From the NCBI GenBank assembly GCA_025558095.1, contig JAIVFI010000016.1:677508-741507 (forward strand): a stretch of DNA of 64,000 bases, given 5' to 3'. Below the pieces are notes generated by a model. That model was not told the origin of the DNA. It worked only from the letters and a program-made list of their open reading frames with translations, and did not search any database. The position numbers and the translations under genes are program-made. The stretch comes from Hyaloraphidium curvatum SAG 235-1. Its lineage: Eukaryota; Fungi; Monoblepharomycota. Below, piece by piece: positions 60,870 through 64,000 of this stretch; position 1 is the first letter of the stretch, and every line of letters begins with the position of its first letter.

Positions 60870-61309
60870 GTGCGACATCTACCCCGCTTCAATAGAGTTA
60901 GGGCACTGTCTGCCGGGGTCCGCTGGGGCCGGGGTTTAAGCTCCGCCGGGGCCGAATAGTCAATGCACGGGCTCGCTGACTGGCCTACCGCTTTGGAGAG
61001 TCATTTCGGGCCCGGGCGGCGATATGATCGAACACGCAGGCGACCCGGATGGCTCGAGGGCGCCTTGCGTGACGAGACGCTCCGCCCACCCAAGCGCCGC
61101 ATCACCGCCCCAACTCCCTGCTGCCGCGCGAAATGAGCCACCCCGCCACATCCACCTTCGACTCCCAAGCCGCCCTTGCTGCCGCCGACCTTGCCGGCTC
61201 CGCGCTGCATCTGCCCGAGTCGTGTGATGGTGCGCCCGCGGCCGAGAATGGCCCGTTGCCGCGGGATTCGGCAACGTGTGCGGGGAGTTCGGACCGCCTC
61301 GTCGTGGAC

Positions 61310-63865
61310 CTAGTACCTTGTTGGGTGTAGAAACGGCGTTTCTACGTGTACCCACAAGTCGCCACACGGGTGGCGACTCCCAGGAACGGCGTTTCTTGGC
61401 GTCACCTCCGTCCCGCCCAACTCCGGAACGCAGCCTTGCACACAATTCCGCGTAGAAACGGAGCTGCCGGGAAATGACGACACCGCCAGCTCCAGCGCTA
61501 TCCACCAGTAGGCTGATAGCCCGGGAGGAGGTGTAGCGCGTGGACGCCGGCGAGGAAGGCGGCCGCGGCTCGGGTCCCAACTAGTAGAGGTCCGCCCCTT
61601 CCCCTCAGCGCGGTCCGCGGTCCCCACGGCGCCTTCCATACTATAGCGCGCTGCCGCTGCTGGCGCAACGAAGGCACCCGAGGTGTCTCCGGGTGTGGGG
61701 TGAGGTCGAGTTGCGCGGGGGGCGGACGGACGCGGGACGACCTTGCGGCGCCGTCGCCCACACCCCGAGTTCCACTCTGCCGGCTCCGCGGCCCCCATGG
61801 GCTCGACGCAGTGTGGTGCCCTACCGGCTGGCGGCGGCGCGGGGTCCGCGGACGGTTGGGGAACCGGCGCCGGCGCCGCGACCAAGTTGGACACGGACAC
61901 GGCTGCCACCCCCTTCCCCACCGGTGCCCCGCCCTGCGACGCGACCCGTTGCCTTGCGCGACCGAAGCGCGTGTCCTCTGCCGTTTGCCGGAACGGGGAC
62001 GCGGTTTTGCGCGCGGGCCAAGTCCGTGGACCCGGACCTTCGCCGCGTCCGCGCTCGGAGGGTACCGCTCTAGGGCTCCCGCGCACGTGCCTGTGCATTC
62101 GCCGGTATCATGCCTACACGCTCTGGCGATGGGGGACGCTGACTACGAGGTTGGTGTTGGGGGAGGGGCCCCCGCTGTGGTCGTCCTTGGCCTAGTACCC
62201 TGTTGGGCGCAGAATCGGCGATTCTGGCAGTCGCCACCAGTCACCAAACGGACGGTGACGGCCAGGATCGCCGATTCTGGGCGTCACCTCCGCCAAACCG
62301 AACTCCGGATCGCAGCCCTGCCCGCTATTCCCCTCGGATTCGCCAGCTCCGAGCACCGCTGACACCGCCTATACCCTGGACCGGGTTGCGAACGGCGTTC
62401 GGAAGCCTTGCCATCACTTGCCAAACGGAGGGCAAGTTTTCCGAACGCCGTTCGGAAGACTTGCGATCCCGGACCCGCCACTCCGGACGACCACTGTGCC
62501 CCCCCGGCGATTGCGGACGCCGGTTCCCGGGTACCATTGGCTTGAGCAGGTCCGGCGCCGTCTTCTGCCGGGTGGAGAGCCGGGAGGAAGGCGAAGAGCC
62601 CCGACGCCGGCGAGGAAGGCAGCAGGAGGAGGACGTCCAGTTGGCGGAGCTTCGTCGGTTCCCCCTCCGCCGGCCGCTCGATCCCAGGGTAGAATAGAGC
62701 CTATCCCGCCGTTTTGCATGCGGGGGAAGGACGCCTGACGAGGTCCTGGGGTGGGGTGAGCCGGCCTCGGGGGAACGGCGCCCTCGTCTTGGGACCCTCT
62801 CGTGGCGTCGCCGCCCCCTCCCCTCCCCGGCCTCTCCCCGCCTCGGCACCCCCACCAGCTCGCCGCAGTATGCCCTTCTCCAAACGTGCGGCGTCGCGCG
62901 GTCCCTCGGCCACCTGGGCACCGGTGCCGACCCCGATAAGCAAGCGGACACGGCCACGTCCGTGGCACCCTCCCTCGCCGTCCTGCCCCCTCCCGACGCG
63001 CCCCCCGCGCTTTTTCGATTATGGCGCATGGGTTCCGGCGTTGGCCCGCGCCCTGGCGGGGTTTTGCGCGTCGGAGTTCTCCTCGGGCCGGCACCTTCGT
63101 CGCCACGGGGCTCGGCCACTTATGTCCCCAGCCAAGCGGCTGGACTACCAACGGCTCTGTTGTACCTATGCAATCGAGCAATGGACGTGGGAGGAGCCCC
63201 GGCGGGGTTGGTGCATGACCGGCAGACTCGCTGCCCACCAGGTCGGGGGAAGACAACGTGTCGCCTGAACCTCGCCGGCCACCCGCAACCGCACGGCAGA
63301 TGATTGCAACAGATACGCAATGGTGATCGCGCTCGTTCCTGGGCAGTTTGACGCCGTCCAGGTTCACCAGGGTCCGCGCGCCCCCACGGCTTCCTTGGGC
63401 CAGTGACTGACGATGGGCCAAGATCGACAGGCCCGAGTCCCGCCCGCCGCAGCTCATTCGTTTGCCGTTGTTGATCAAGGAAAGGGCGATGTCCGGGAGC
63501 GTGGGGCCTGGAAGGTCCAACCACCTCGCGCTCCCCGGCCGGATGACCTCCCACGCCCAAGGCCGGCGCCGTCGTCCGAAGTTGACAGCGACGGATCCCA
63601 CCGCTCTTCCTTCATTCGATTGCCAATGTTCGTCCGGGATCCGGCCGAGCTTGGCCCATAGTCGGTCGCCGAGCTCCCTCTCGCCCCGCTTGCGCGGACG
63701 ATCGGCAAGCAAGGCGTGGGGAACCCGCGAAAGTCCTTCCTGTCCCGCCCCTCGAAGTCATGGGGTTGAAGAGGCACATGAGGCATCCCGGCCCGCGCGA
63801 TAGAACTCCCCCCCGCGACTCTGCGGGGCATCGGGCGCTAGGGCCCGCGTCCCGGGGATGGAACT
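61310..63865. repeat. Three diverged head-to-tail subtelomeric units (A 61310-62191, B 62192-62368, C 62369-63865)
   Basis: Shared start CTA(G)TACCYTG plus palindrome module; A and C are colinear at about 1056-1060 bp offset (identical 18-mer at 61543 and 62603; GTGGGGTGAG at 61695 and 62751). Confidence 0.8.
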
Positions 63866-64000
63866 TTAGGTTAGGTTAGGTTAGGTTAGGTTAGGTTAGG
63901 TTAGGTTAGGTTAGGTTAGGTTAGGTTAGGTTAGGTTAGGTTAGGTTAGGTTAGGTTAGTTAGGTTAGGTTAGTAGGTTAGGTAGGTTAGGTTAGGTTAG
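63866..64000 (+). repeat. Telomere (TTAGG)n
   Basis: About 27 tandem TTAGG, G-rich strand running 5'->3' toward the window end, a few variants distally. Confidence 0.97.

Noticed and set aside
61310-61345. Helitron 3' end (hairpin plus CTAG on the minus strand)
   Set aside because: CTAG is followed by G rather than T, unit C lacks it, and the multi-palindrome layout exceeds a Helitron end; not fully excluded.
62374-62691. TA-flanked MITE CCCTG...CAGGG
   Set aside because: Only about 6 bp of inverted match, and colinearity with unit A continues past the supposed right end.
62730-62790. CTGACGAG as a hammerhead ribozyme core (Penelope-like element)
   Set aside because: No properly placed stem II and GAAA downstream.

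Overview
GC-rich, gene-dense, intron-containing eukaryotic DNA that ends in a chromosome end: (TTAGG)n runs from 63866 to 64000. Gene content (Pof1-like, Srk1/Rck2-like kinase, fungal-type C2H2 transcription factor) and short GT-AG introns with CTGAC branch points suggest a fungus, probably an early-diverging lineage; this is inference. I assembled about 30 genes by hand across introns, plus several decayed fragments (F-box/LRR, MYND, a non-LTR retrotransposon endonuclease). Highlights: (1) a ~3 kb subtelomeric block with no recognisable intact gene, bounded by an inverted (CCTAA)3 tract and the telomere, holding three diverged same-orientation units that each begin with an identically spaced palindrome/hairpin module showing compensatory changes; (2) an intact, spliced Cys-less pentameric ligand-gated ion channel; (3) an SdpA-like dioxygenase and other bacterial-type genes; (4) a mucin/adhesin with an SdrD-B-like domain, 28 ten-residue repeats and four phase-0 micro-exons; (5) a dominant GTGGG splice donor. 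Exon boundaries and family calls come from manual reading, not database searches.
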